A DNA stretch of 64,000 nucleotides from Eutreptiella sp. 'Long Island Sound 2002' (lineage: Eukaryota > Protista > Euglenida): contig OZ038378.1 in NCBI GenBank assembly GCA_964036045.1, positions 156,612,001 through 156,676,000 on the forward strand. The letters run 5' to 3'. The translations under genes were made by a program, and so were the position numbers. This document shows, piece after piece, positions 44,803 through 56,504 of this stretch. Below the pieces are notes generated by a model. That model was not told the origin of the DNA. It saw only the letters and a program-made list of their open reading frames with translations, and ran no database searches. Each line of letters opens with the position of its first letter. Position 1 is the first letter of the stretch.

Positions 44803-46038
44803 GTGTGCGGGATTCCCGCACTTTGCACGCTGCGGTCTGCGGGGCACTGGGCTGAGGGGGGCAGTAGAAAGCAGCGATCGCCGTGCCTCACCGGCGCCTG
44901 GCGACTCTTCCGGCAGGAAGACCTGGGCACACGTGACTGCTGTCTCGGTACTGCCCCCCTTCCTCTCGCGATACAACGCCCGCGCGTGCACAGCTGATCG
45001 TAGCGAAACGCTCCGGCGCCTCGTAGCACTGTGCCTCAGCAACGCGACGTGGCGTTGCTGAGGCACGGACAGCCCGGTCGATGCCAGAAAGCACCGCGGC
45101 CACGCCTCGGGTGGAAGGGCGTTCTCCCACAACGCACGTCCGTGCCCCCGCACGCGCCTCATGCGACGAGGCGCACACCCACCCCCAGCGCGCGGCTCGT
45201 GGGCGCCAACACGCCCCCCCCCCTTGCGCCCCGGCCAGACCACAACTCAGCGGTGCCGGGGGCGATGTGGGCCCTGGCTCCTCCACCGGTCCCCCCTACC
45301 CACCCTACGGACCCCCCCGCCCCCTTTGGTGCTTTGGTGGGCATTTCCCAAGTGAAGACGGTCCTGCGGTGACTCGTCCAGGGCAATGCCATCGCCACGT
45401 CACGAAAAATCAGAAGAATCGGAGTCCGGATGCCGCCGAGTCAACCGTTTGGCCCGTGACCGCGACCCCCAAACGGGTCTCCTCCGTCGCGGGGGGTCCA
45501 GCAACTGCTCCCAGGCGGGGCCTGACGCGGTGGACGCTACCCAACGGGTCGCAGGTGCATTCCGGTACCTTCAACGGCTGTGTGCCAAGCCCACGGGCCT
45601 GTGGAGCGGGTGGCCAGTCACGCCCCCGGGTCAGTCACGTGCCAGCGCCGCGCCTTGTGCGCCCTCCCTTCCCCCCCCCCCCTGCGCCGCGGTGGCATCG
45701 ACGCCCCCTCCCATGTGGCAAACCCCCTCCGTGCTCCCACACCGCCTCGTCATGAACCCGCGCGGCGCTGGCGAAGCGATGAAGGGCACGGACTTCCCCC
45801 GCGGTCCCTCGGAGGACCACGACGCCTCGTCCACCCCAAAACCCGCCCGGCACCGCCCCCTCGAAGGAGGGCCTGGGCTGGGGCAAGGCAGAGTGCAGGC
45901 AAAACGGTAACCCCCCCCCCTAATGAACGGAGAAGTGAGAGGCGCGCTATATATCCCTTTGCATCGGTCACCGAAAAGACCACCACCTGTGTTTAACCTT
46001 ATTCAGGCCCATGGTGCAACTCATGCAGTGTTTTTCAC

Positions 46039-46996
46039 CCTGATTAGGTTTGTAAATACCCGCGGCTGTCCTTCGGAGAACTTCGGCTCGCCATGAACGT
46101 ATACATTGCCCATGGTTAGGCCGCCTTGATGCAATGCTTTGGGCGGGGGACAGCCATGCTTAAAAAAAAAAAAGTGAGAGGCGAGCGATGGGAGAGCAGG
46201 GGCCGACGGTGCTGGCGGAGGCGAGGGTGAGGCATGTGGCATGCGGAGGTCCAAAAACGGGCGTTGGGGCATTGGGTGCGCATGCCGCCAGACGCAGCAC
46301 GTCGCCTCCCACGCAGCACCCCCCTCCCGAGGGTTAGGGGCCAATGTACGGGTCACGGGGGCGGGGCCGAATGTGTCATTGATGACCCCCCAAGGGGACC
46401 ATTGGCTTGGCGGCTCCTGTCAGAAGGGGAAGAGGGGGGGAGAGCAGGTCACCCCCCGTCACCGTGAAGAACACCCCCAATCAAAGCCCCACATCATTGC
46501 CCACGCACACACAAACACACAATGAGAACCGCAAACAAGAACAAAGCAAGAAAAGCGGTGAAAGAAAACTCCTCAAGAACAGCAGAGCTGTCCGAGACGT
46601 GTTTTGGTCTGTCGATAAATGCGGCAATGTGCAGCGGCGATTTTCAGTGGAGTTCTCTCCATCTCCCTGACCTGCCCTGATATACGTGCCGCATTGACGA
46701 CGGACCATAAATTCACCTGAGGAGGAGGTCGTGCCTTGATTGTCCACTAATTGCAACCTTTGCTTGGTGCTGCCCCCTAACCGCACACACACACACACAC
46801 CATTTGCGAAAGCACAGCACAAAGCGTTGTTGGCTGAGTAAAAATCCTCGTCAGTTGGTCATCAGACAAGACAAACAGAGCACGTCCGACGCCAACAGGC
46901 GCCTTTCTGAAGTACAGGGAGCGGAGGATGCCCAGACCCCAGGCGATGACCAGCAAATCTAATACAGCCTCTGGCGTCTCGGACGCAGCCAGAGGC
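46039..46996 (-). CDS. Three consecutive exons of a putative host gene: 46996-46801, 46716-46672, 46158-46039
   Basis: All GT-AG with compatible phases (196, 45 and 120 nt). Spliced: PLAASETPEAVLDLLVIAWGLGILRSLYF...LSQM|VNLWSVVNAARISGQ|HGCPPPK...TNLIR. Strong T-tract acceptor at 46159. No family recognised. Confidence 0.5.
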
Positions 46997-47640
46997 CTGC
47001 AGCAAAGAATGAACAGATGGCAGCGTCAGAGCTGCCTTCACGCTGTGGGGTAAGACCCGGCACCTCACCTCCCTGTGCCCTGTACCACTTCAGCCCTCCC
47101 CCCGAGGAGTGTGGCACACTGAGGATCGACCTCGTGTTTGGGTTTCAATGAGACATACATTCAGCTGAAGTACACCGTCACCGGTGCACTACACACACAC
47201 ACATTGTGCTGCTGTTGACATAAGCAGTTTTCCCCATCACAGGTCGCCCGCTTCAGGAGGTCCAGGCAAATGATGTCGTTGTTCCAAGCCCCATTAATAC
47301 CATCGATGGTGAGGTCCGGTGGAAGTACCCATGATACACACACACACACAGAGAGAGAGAGAGAACCGCGAGACAAGAACAAAGCAAGAAAAGCGGTGGA
47401 AAGAAAACTCCTCAGGAACAGCAGAGCTGTCCTAGACGTCTTTCGGTCCGGTGAAGATGACAGGGATGGAAGCATGTTCAGTGCGGGGCAAAGCAAATGA
47501 ACCTCTCCCTTCCCCAGACCACAAAAACCGCCCGCGGAGGAGCTCATGAACTACCTATGCCACAGCCTAGAATTATCGTGTGCTGGGTGCAACCACCCCG
47601 CCACACACACACAAGAAAACGGAGGGGGTTGGAAGGGTGG

Positions 47641-47678
<38 letters not shown>

Positions 47679-48195
47679 AGTGATAGTGAAGGGAACAAGA
47701 ACCAATAGATAACCAATGTGGATACAAATGCACCGGGAGGCACTGTGGGTACAAGTCTCCAGCATCCTCATCAGAGGAGCAAAAAATGCTGGCCCTCAGA
47801 CGAGCAGGCGACTGGCAGCAGTGGTGCTGTAAGTCGGAATCACAGACACACGTTCACACATACACAAGAGAGTAGCAGGAACAGACAACAACATTGCAGA
47901 TGACCGGTGCTCGGGACTCACTTCCACTCAGGTTTGCCCGAGTCATCCCTCTCCAATGGCGAGCACCTTGGTGTGACGTCTCACTGACATCGCCATCATC
48001 ACGGAGGGGTAAGTCGCTGCACCAAGGGTCCGGTCGCAAAACAGCAGAACACGCATGCACGCACCGCCGGCCCTCACCTTCGCTGGCCATGGGTGTAACC
48101 ACCCAGGCACACACACACACCCACAGTTCGTTTTGCTGGAGTGTCCTATATCGTGCCTGTGTTGGTGTGCGTGCACGCACGTGTATGCGGCTGTG

Positions 48196-48268
48196 GTGTG
48201 TGCTACCCCAGCGGTTGAATCACTGGGCTCGTGCCGTGAAGGCGCCGGTTCGATTCCCGCCGTGCGCG
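48196..48268 (+). other. Degenerate tRNA-derived sequence
   Basis: A-box-like TACCCCAGCGG and B-box GGTTCGATTCC (48247-48257). Confidence 0.45.
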
Positions 48269-48503
48269 TGGCTGCACTGCCGAAGAAAAGACTGCAGGTG
48301 CCCGGCTGCAGTAAATGCGCCCCCCTCCCCACGCTGCCGGGCTTCAAGACCCGTAAGCCGCGCGCGCTGCCGGAGGGGGCGGTGGTGCGTTTTTTGCGGC
48401 TTGTGTCGGGGGTTGGGGGCGAATGAAAAAATAGCGAGGCGCACCTCCCGCTGCCGGGACCCGGTTGCCGCGTGTGCTGTTGTAGGGGGCGGTGGTGCGT
48501 TTA

Positions 48504-48577
48504 TGACGACAGGAGGGATCGAACCTCCGCTATAGGCTCACGAGTCTATGTTTCTGACCACTGGACCACTCCAGGCC
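48504..48577 (-). other. Degenerate tRNA-derived sequence
   Basis: A-box-like TGGTCCAGTGG and a perfect T-arm GGAGG-TTCGATC-CCTCC (48512-48528). The acceptor stem does not pair. Confidence 0.55.
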
Positions 48578-50090
48578 TCTTACCCTGCATTGCGTGCACA
48601 CACACACACACACACACTCAAGCACACTGCCACCTCCGTGTTGAGCCTGAAAGACACGTCCTCGGTGGTTACAGTAAGTAAGGCTCTATAAGGTTGAAAA
48701 AAATGGAAAAACAGGACATGAGCTCGCTGAGTACAGTACTCCCTGCGATGCACCTGGATGGGCGACTCGAGCCCCCCACCTGTAAAGCCGCGGGCGAGTG
48801 CACAAAGCCCCATGCCCCCTTACACGGCCTAGTGCACCGCATGGTGTAGTGTACGCATGGACTGCAGTCAGAGCAGCGTGCATAACAGCACTGAACGCAC
48901 GCCGTAGCACATAAAACCAGTGTCTGCCCAAACGTTCCGGCACTAGGGGAACTGTGGAGGGGTCTACAAATCCGGGCTCTGAGGAAGAGTAGAAAGCCAT
49001 GAAGGTACAAATTAAACACCGACGGCAGGTAGCAGTTGGTGCCAGCAATCCTTACTTTCACTCCCCGGGCACTCCCTGGGGGGTCCCACCCGGCCGACAC
49101 GTAGCCGTGTCAACACACCCGGGATATAACCTCAGTACAGTACAGGTGGTGTCCAGAGCGGCAGATAGCAGTTGGTGCCAGCAAACACACACACACACGC
49201 ACACACACACACACACACACACCCAACCGCACACACACGTACAGACCGCCCTAGCCCCTGCCGGTGAGGCCCCCTTCCGGAGGTGGTGTACATCCGCTCA
49301 ACGTTGCGCTTTCTGCCGCGGGGGGTCCCCCACAGGGTATCTGCCGGGGTGGCACCCTCCCACTCCGGAGATGGTGCGCACGAGAGCGATATGCCAGGAC
49401 TCGTTACGGCCCCACGCCCGCATGGCTCTGCGGGCTACTTCACAGTAGTACCAAATGTGGTGCCCCAGGGCATAGCCTTGTTGGGCGGCATTTTGCAGGG
49501 CATCGGGTCTGACTTCTCAAAAAACGCTGAAAGGGGCTTCGGTTGGGAAACGGTCGAAGATCACGCCCCCCCCCCCCCCCGCCCCCTGCGCATTGGGACA
49601 CTCACAGACACTCAACATCAAACATCAGATCCGGTGGTCGATGTGGGCCTCAGGTGATCACCTGCTGTTCTGCATCAGTATTGCACAGAAGTTAGAATGG
49701 CAGGAGACTTGATTGCTTCATCGCCGCTTCCAGACTTGCCACTGACGTCCACCAAGACGCACATGATCAGAAGGGGCTGGATCCTACCCAGTCTGACGTA
49801 GCTGGTCCCCACCCAATGCCGCGTGCGACAGCGGCGGATGTCACTCAGTGGCAAATGGCACGGGGGCGATTCCTACCGAAACACCCTGCCGGACAGTGGC
49901 GGCGTGTCTGGCCGCTACCCATGGGGCCAACTCTGCTGTTCTGTGCGTCGTGTTGCGCTGTTTGACGTTCCGGGGGGCGGAGGTAAGGGGCAGCGGCCGC
50001 GCACATGTCCCTGCGTCGCACTTTGCAACCCACGCCACCCCCCCCTCCCCCCCCCTCCCCTCGCTGCTCGAGGGCTCTGAGCGCCGCGTG

Positions 50091-50570
50091 CTACTCAGCC
50101 CCGGCCAACACCCGCACCGCGCGCTTGGCCTTGCACGCGAGCTTCCGCCAATGCGGCGGGCGGAAGTGGCCGTCCCACTGGTCGATGGAGGCCCAGATGT
50201 CGTCGGCGAGGTCGCCGTCGAGGGGGAACATGAACTTCTGGGCCTCCTTCTTGAGCCTCTGGGTCAGGGCCTCCTTGCCCTCCAGCCCCTTGAAGCACGT
50301 CCGGAACAGCTGCGTGCGGTAGTCCACGGCCCGCGTGAGCTCTTGGATGGCGGCCTTGGCCCGCCACGCGCAGAGCCGCGTGTCGTTCACGTGCATCCAC
50401 GAGTCGTAGGTCCGCACGAGGGCCATGGACGGCTCCGCGACCTCCGCCGGCATCGGGAACGTCCGGGCCGTCGCGTGGTCCTGGGCCTTGGCGCGCAGGG
50501 CGGCGTCGGACTGCGTCACGAGGAAGTTCATGAGGCACTTGTACGCGTTGGACAGCCAATGCCTCTCGAA
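50091..50570 (-). CDS. Gene A, terminal exon (FERHWLSNAYK...VLAGAE*)
   Basis: Acceptor CCGCAG, phase 0, GC3-rich, TAG stop at 50093-50091. Confidence 0.8.
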   Translation of the reverse strand, partial: FERHWLSNAYKCLMNFLVTQSDAALRAKAQDHATARTFPMPAEVAEPSMALVRTYDSWMHVNDTRLCAWRAKAAIQELTRAVDYRTQLFRTCFKGLEGKEALTQRLKKEAQKFMFPLDGDLADDIWASIDQWDGHFRPPHWRKLACKAKRAVRVLAGAE

Positions 50571-50789
50571 CTGCGGCACGGCAACGGGGGACGGGGGTGC
50601 AGAGCGGTGACGGCAGGGGGCCCGCGGGCCCCGGTGGACTGGCTTGAGTTTGGCGAGGCCCGCCCTCCGCAAGGCCGGCAGCATCCGTGGCAGGAAAACC
50701 AAAAACTTGAGGGACCAGGTTGTGATAGTGTCCCATCAAAACACAACGGTCGGCTTTGTTTGTCATAATGTCATAGCACAGATGCTGCG

Positions 50790-51530
50790 GTAAACCCCCC
50801 CCCAAATTATATACCCCCCCCCAAATATCATACTCCCCCAAATACTAAACCCCCTTCGGCTTATTGGGCGTTTTGCCAGATTCTGTACCCCCTTTTTGGC
50901 ACATACAAGCAAACGAAACACGAACAAATTCAGGGTACGTCTTCAACACTACTGCAAAGTCACTCCCTTGAAGAAAGCAGTGATTGTGGTTTGCTTCTTG
51001 ACATTGGAAACACTGATGGAGGCATGGGCCACCGCTGCAGAAGGTGCTGCCCCAGCTCCATCAGCCCCTGTGACACACACATCCACACTGAAGGCAAAAG
51101 GAACATGATGGACCCCAGCACCAAATACTATCCCCCCCAAATACTATACCCCCCTGGCCCTTTTGAACCAAGGTCTCGTAGTTCAGCGGTCATGCACGTG
51201 ACGCCTGAACTAAAGGTGCTCGGTTCGAATCCCGGTGGAGGCCAAACGCACTGTCCTAGGCGCTAGGGTGTCGGTGACCCCGCAAGCCGGAAGGGATGCA
51301 GCGTCGGTTCGAACCCCGGTGGGGGAGGAACGCAGTGTCCTAGGCGCTAGGGTGTCGGTGACCCCGCGAGCCGGAAGGGATGCTGCGAGGGACAGGTAGG
51401 GATCACTGATACGCTGGAGTTCGGAGATCGCCCGAGCAACTTACCTTACCTTACCTTACCCTGGCCCTTTTGAGCGTCCGGCCACCATCTATACCCCGAG
51501 GTATATATTTTGGGGGGGGGGGGGGGTTAC
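50790..51530. mobile_element. MITE-like element with ~30-bp imperfect TIRs, hosting a SINE
   Basis: Left GTAAA-C9-AAATTATATACC versus reverse complement of the right end GTAA-Cn-AAAATATATACC. No clear TSD. Confidence 0.55.
51167..51458 (+). mobile_element. tRNA-derived SINE with internal ~83-bp duplication, (TTACC)4 tail and 15-bp TSD
   Basis: A-box TAGTTCAGCGG (51179-51189), B-box GGTTCGAATCC (51222-51232). TSD CCCTGGCCCTTTTGA at 51152-51166 and 51459-51473. Confidence 0.85.
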
Positions 51531-51639
51531 TCACAGAATTGGGTCCTTACCGCTTCTGATGAAATCCAGAAATGTTCTACTGCGGGGCTTCATTAGAGAG
51601 TTCTAATTAGAATGAATTTATTTGTTCCAACAGGTACCA

Positions 51640-51770
51640 AGAGCCCAAGCACAGAGACCTAACACAATACTACCGCCGTGTGGCACTCATGGAAGGCTGA
51701 TGCCTCTGCACAGTATCGCTGTGACATGCAGTCATGGCGAGAAGGTGGCACTTCTATGGGCCCCGAGTTG
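51640..51770 (+). repeat. Dispersed repeat; second copy at about 56600-56730
   Basis: Shared CCCAAGCACAGAGACC...GGAAGGCTGATGCCTCTGCAC...CTATGGGCCCCG. Confidence 0.75.
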
Positions 51771-51899
51771 CCTGAGGATGGGGCACCTTTCAAGGACAGG
51801 ATTGCTGTCCGCAGCCATTGGGTTGTGGATTGCCCAGAGATTCCTGGCTTCATGACCTCCGGTACTCAACCCTCTAGACTTGCTGCATCGGGGGAAGGG

Positions 51900-52500
51900 G
51901 GGGTTAATGGCAATCTTGGACAGGCATGGGGCAGGCCTTAGGTCAAATCTAGGGTGGCTGAAGGTGGGTTTGGATGGTGGACTGGCTGCGAGGCAAGTAG
52001 GGTGACTGGCAACCAGATGGCTCCAAGAAATGGTTTGGCCTGAATATGGTGGAGTTGACAGAGCTCAAGGCGTATATGTGGGTGGAGAGGAGACAAAGAT
52101 CACTAAGCATTAGAACCCAAAAATGTCGTGGTGGCGGCTGGACGAGTAGCGGTAGCTACAGGATGGCAATATTAGGACCAAGCAGATTGAATATTGAGGG
52201 CAGGATGGTGAGCGAAAGAGGAGGTACAGAACTATTGTTTGTAAAAGTGCAAGCGAGTGTGACGCCCAAATAGAGCATGGCCACGAAAAAGGTGTGCGAA
52301 GGCGGAGGAATGGGAGACATCTTCCCCTTTGCTCTCTTCCAGAAAAAAGATGGCCACTGAGAGTTATTCAGTCGACGGAAGCCTCCTCTTTGCAAGGCAT
52401 AAGGCGCTCAACACACTCCATTTCATCATCAGTTATGGTCCCAGAGGCAAAGCGCAATGGATTGCTGGGTCCATTTTTCAGGTTCTGGGTGGCTATCCAT
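51900..52500 (-). pseudogene. Possible decayed LINE EN-RT linker remnant
   Basis: Cross-frame fragments SFFWKRAKG, TITDDEMECV and YRYSSSRHHDIF resemble the pre-RT linker. Heavily degenerate. Confidence 0.3.
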
Positions 52501-53299
52501 GACCCAACCACTCCAAAGGGGGCTGGTTTCTTCCGTTTCCCCAGGCGTCTGAGCATGCACTACAGCACAGCACAGCAGAGCACCAGCCGTGCCACATGGA
52601 CACTGGTGCCCACCCCTCAACCCACCAATTTCCGCATCTCAGACCACTCCATCCTGAGTAGTCACCTGCAAAAAAAAGATATGGCAAATCAATGGATCGT
52701 AGTGTAATGCAGTCGTCCATTCACCGATCCTTCTTGATGCCCATTATCAGAGAACACCAGAGGAGCGGTCAGCAGGGCACTGCTAGACGGTGGCACTCCC
52801 GGCATCCAGCTCTTAAAGATTTGTGTACAACAATAGGGCTCAGTCGAATGCCGCCCCCTCCTTCAACGACGGTCACTTCCGAGGCGGGAAGACAAGCAGT
52901 AGACACTTCTCTGTGCTCCAGCAGACAAGATGAGTTTGATTGCAGCTGTTGTCCCACATGGGCATTGGCAACCAATACACTCCTACTGCCAGCAGGCAAC
53001 AGGGGCAGCGGTTGGCAACATTGCCGGTCAAAGGTGCCTGCCACCTGCAGTAGAGTAGCAGCGACCGAAATTTCTGGCGTTGCTGCTGCTGCCAAGTGTT
53101 GCAGCTGCTACTGCTGCTGCCAATCTGTTGCTGTTGGGGGCTTTTGCACAGGTGTTTGGTAACTGCAAAACATTGACATCCTTCTGGTCACTATTTCATA
53201 CTTTGAACTGCAGCATCAGTCTTATTAGGATTAGGTTCTCATTGGCCATCACAGGCACTTGACTGGAAGACATGCAGTGGAAAACGCAGTATGCAACCG

Positions 53300-53790
53300 C
53301 TCAGGGCCGCAGCTCTTGCCTCAGAAACGCAGGCAGTAGTACCGTGTTTGTCTTCGGTTTAGGAGAAGGATCCGTTCGGGGTTGCCAACCAAAGGTTCGA
53401 AACACTGGTATCCAGCGCCTTCACGGACGCTGGGTGGGGCTCATCCTCAAACACTATATCACATTGTGCCTCCGACAGCCAAAATCCCCCAACGTCAGTT
53501 GCTGTTGCCCATGGCAGACCGCATCAAAGGACAAAATGCAAAGTGTCAAAAGCCTCATAGAGCCCTCCAAAAAGCGGATACTCGGCGACATGGACAGGGA
53601 ACAGCTTGAGCTGGGACGGAGCATCGCCTCTTTCCAGCCTGTGTCTACTCTACATTCACCCGACACGACAAACAAGAGGTAGACCTTTTCTTGGATTCTA
53701 TTAAGCCCTACGACATACTTATGGGAGATTACAACGGCGACATGTGGTCTCCCAATCCCACACGCCCCTGGCAGCGCACTTTTTCTGGCT
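53300..53790 (+). pseudogene. Decayed LINE APE endonuclease remnant
   Basis: HSPDTTNKR / DLFLDSIKPYDILMGDYNGD (APE GD[FY]N motif), with a stop and a frameshift. Confidence 0.5.
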
Positions 53791-54856
53791 GTAAAAACCT
53801 GCACAGTGACAAATGTGCAGAACAGGGACGGTACAGGTCACGTGATGGGTACTGCTTTGCAGTACCCCAATCACAGGCCCCGAGCCATTGCTCATTAAAA
53901 CTTTTCTTTGGCACTACAACGAAGAGCCCAAGTGGGAATGGCCCACAGTTTTGCTTCCTTTTTTCAATGCCACGTCCCTGTCAAGATTTGGTGACAGCTA
54001 AACTTTCCAAACGCTCTGAAAGAGCAATGAGCACACCGACGCTCTGTGCCTTTGTAAATTGTCCCACTTTGTGTGACACCGATTGCGATTTCCCCTGCAC
54101 GACGCTCGCCATCACATCTGGTGCCTTGAGTCAATCCTGTCGCTGGCGCCATTCTGGCTTTCCTTCCTTGCGTTGTCTGCTACCGGCGCCCGGTAGGGGC
54201 TGTCTGCTGCCCTGGACGTCCAGCTGCCGTCAGGCTAGACTTGCAGATGGGGTTTCAGGGCGTCCTCATCAGTGAAAACCTGAATCCCCCTGGACAGAGC
54301 GGAAGGTGCAAGGGCCGCTCCAGTGGCTGGCGTTGCGTGTGAGAGGGCCCTGTGGGCGGAACCGACATTGCGCAGCTCGGCTCATCACTTGTGCCTTGGC
54401 ATTCTTCCGCTCGCTGGCACGGCCCTGCCCAGTCGCTGGTTCCCTGTTTTCTGTTGGGGTGGGGCCAAGGACACTCTGTTCGTGATCACGGGGGGGCGGT
54501 CTCCTCGCTTTTGTACGCGACTCCCCCCCCCCCCAGTAGAAGTGGGCCGAAGGCCCCTTGGGGGGGGGGGGATTGGAAAGGGGGGGTTCAGGGAGGGGCG
54601 ATGGGGGGGGGGGGGGGCGGTTGTGAGGGTCGGTTGGGGGGGGGGTCCAGGTGGGGCAATTTGGGCTGGTTGGGGGGGGGGGGGGGGGCAGGCTCCCCTT
54701 ACCTCCCCTAAGTGGGCCCGGAGGGCAGGAAGGGGGGGGGGAGGGGGGGGGGGGTCGCGTACCAGAACCGAGGAGACGCCCCCCCCCCCCCGTGTTCGTG
54801 ATCTGGTTTCTGGGGCCGCCCGGGGCTCTGTGCAGTGAGGCGGCGGCACGGCTCAC

Positions 54857-55126
54857 CTTTTTTGCGGGACCCTCGTCGCCACCTTCGGTGATCAAAGCTG
54901 GCGACAAGTCCGTCATAGTCATCACTCGGGGCCTATGCGGGTCGGTAAGGCCATGGTGCTCCAGGCGCGCCAGCAGTTCCATGCTGCTCCCCACGAAGTC
55001 ATTCCACTTGGCCTTGCTCTCGTTCACAATATTCGTGGCCTGCTTCGACGTGGCCAAGATGTCATCCGAGGCTGACACACAGTCGTCCAGCTTTGCGCGC
55101 AGGTCATGCCGGATCTTGCGGCACAC
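54857..55126 (-). CDS. Gene A, exon 7 (VCRKIRHDL...EGPAKK)
   Basis: TTCAG| ... AAG|GTGAGC; 270 nt, phase 0-0. Confidence 0.85.
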
Positions 55127-56329
55127 CTGAACAGTAGAGCAGGGCAGAGGCAGGAATCAAAATACTGCAGGAACGTCCACGACCAAAAAAAAAAAGTTAT
55201 CAAATCGTTCTCCACAAAAGCATTTCAGAGGTACCCTGAGCAACGTCACAAGTTGAGGAACTGGGTTCAGTTTCGCTGGGCCCTGGCCGCTGGCACCCCC
55301 CGCCGCACCGATCGGGGCCTGTAAGCTCAGACAACGAACTGTCATTGGAGCCCCAAGCCCCCCCCCACCCACCCCGAACCCCAATTCGGCGCAGTAAAAG
55401 TGAATGGGCATCCGTCATGGGTGTGCCGCAGGTGGCGCAGTGAACATCCCTCCGCCTGGAGTGGGTGGCGTAGGGCCTCAACAACGCCAGAAAAGCGCAT
55501 CCAAGCGATGGTGCTACGCCTGAGCCGCAAACTGGGCGCATCCATACATCATCCCAAACATCAGCGGAAAACGGTGTGTCTAGAATGTACCCAAAATGTT
55601 GAATAGCACTTGGACGCCACGACAAGTTGGGTACTGCCACGTCTGTGCATCAGAAAAGAGGGGTACTGCAACACCAATTCAGAGGTCCAAGGCCGGGGCG
55701 CCGCTTCACTCCAAGTCTCGGAACTGGAGTTGTTTCGGCAGTCCCCTTCCCCGTCATCCTGAGAACTGGGGTCATTTCGGTGGTGCCATCCGCCCTGGCT
55801 GTCGCGGATGCCCTGGCGGTGCCTTGTGTCTGGATTCTCAGACTGATTGTTCTCGCGGTGCCCTCTCTTCTCATTCTCGGAACTGATGTTGTTTTGGGGT
55901 TCCCGTCCCCGATCCTGGCAACCAGAGTCTTGTCTTGGCGGCTCCCTTTTCCTTGTGCTGTGCGAGTGTGTGGACATGTGCGACCGGGTCCTGTCCCATA
56001 CCCACAGAACGTCTGCACAAGGCACGTTGTATGAAAAAAAGAAAAACAAGACCTCAGAGTCAAATCAGGAGATCAGAACAAAGAGAGTCGATTGTGAAGG
56101 GTTGTGGCGGGTTGTGGGGGGTTTTGAGGGATTGTGGCGGGTTGTTGATGGGTATTGTAGAGGGTTCTGGACGGTTGTGGGGCATTACAGAGGGTTGCGG
56201 AGGGATTTTGACAGTTGTCGAATGTCGCTGCGGGTTGTTGCCACTTGCCGAAGGCGTCTCTGGTCGCCATCAAAATAGAGCCACGGCAGCCGCCGTGATG
56301 ACCGGTGACGGCGGTGAACAGAGACACAC

Positions 56330-56504
56330 CTGCACATTGGCGCGGAACACGCGGTCACAGTCCTGCTGCAGGGCGGCCATGTACTGCTTGTCGGAGTACT
56401 GCGTGATCTCGTCCATCGAGGCCTTAATGTCGCGCACGAGGTTGGAGAAGGCGGGGCACAGCTCGTGTACGTACTGCAGCCCGGGGCCGTAGATCATGAA
56501 ATCT
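56330..56504 (-). CDS. Gene A, exon 6 (DFMIYGPG...FRANVQ)
   Basis: GTGCAG| ... CAG|GTGTGT; 175 nt. Confidence 0.85.

Noticed and set aside
47243-47308. Plus-strand mini-exon with good AG/GT sites (GRPLQEVQANDVVVPSPINTIDG), considered as a further dynein exon
   Set aside because: No convincing dynein similarity. The opposite strand looks more coding and lies next to the minus-strand exon trio.
54245-54295. Minus-strand CTGATGAGGACGCCCTGAAAC resembling a minimal hammerhead
   Set aside because: The core letters are present, but stem II is marginal and I could not form stems I and III.
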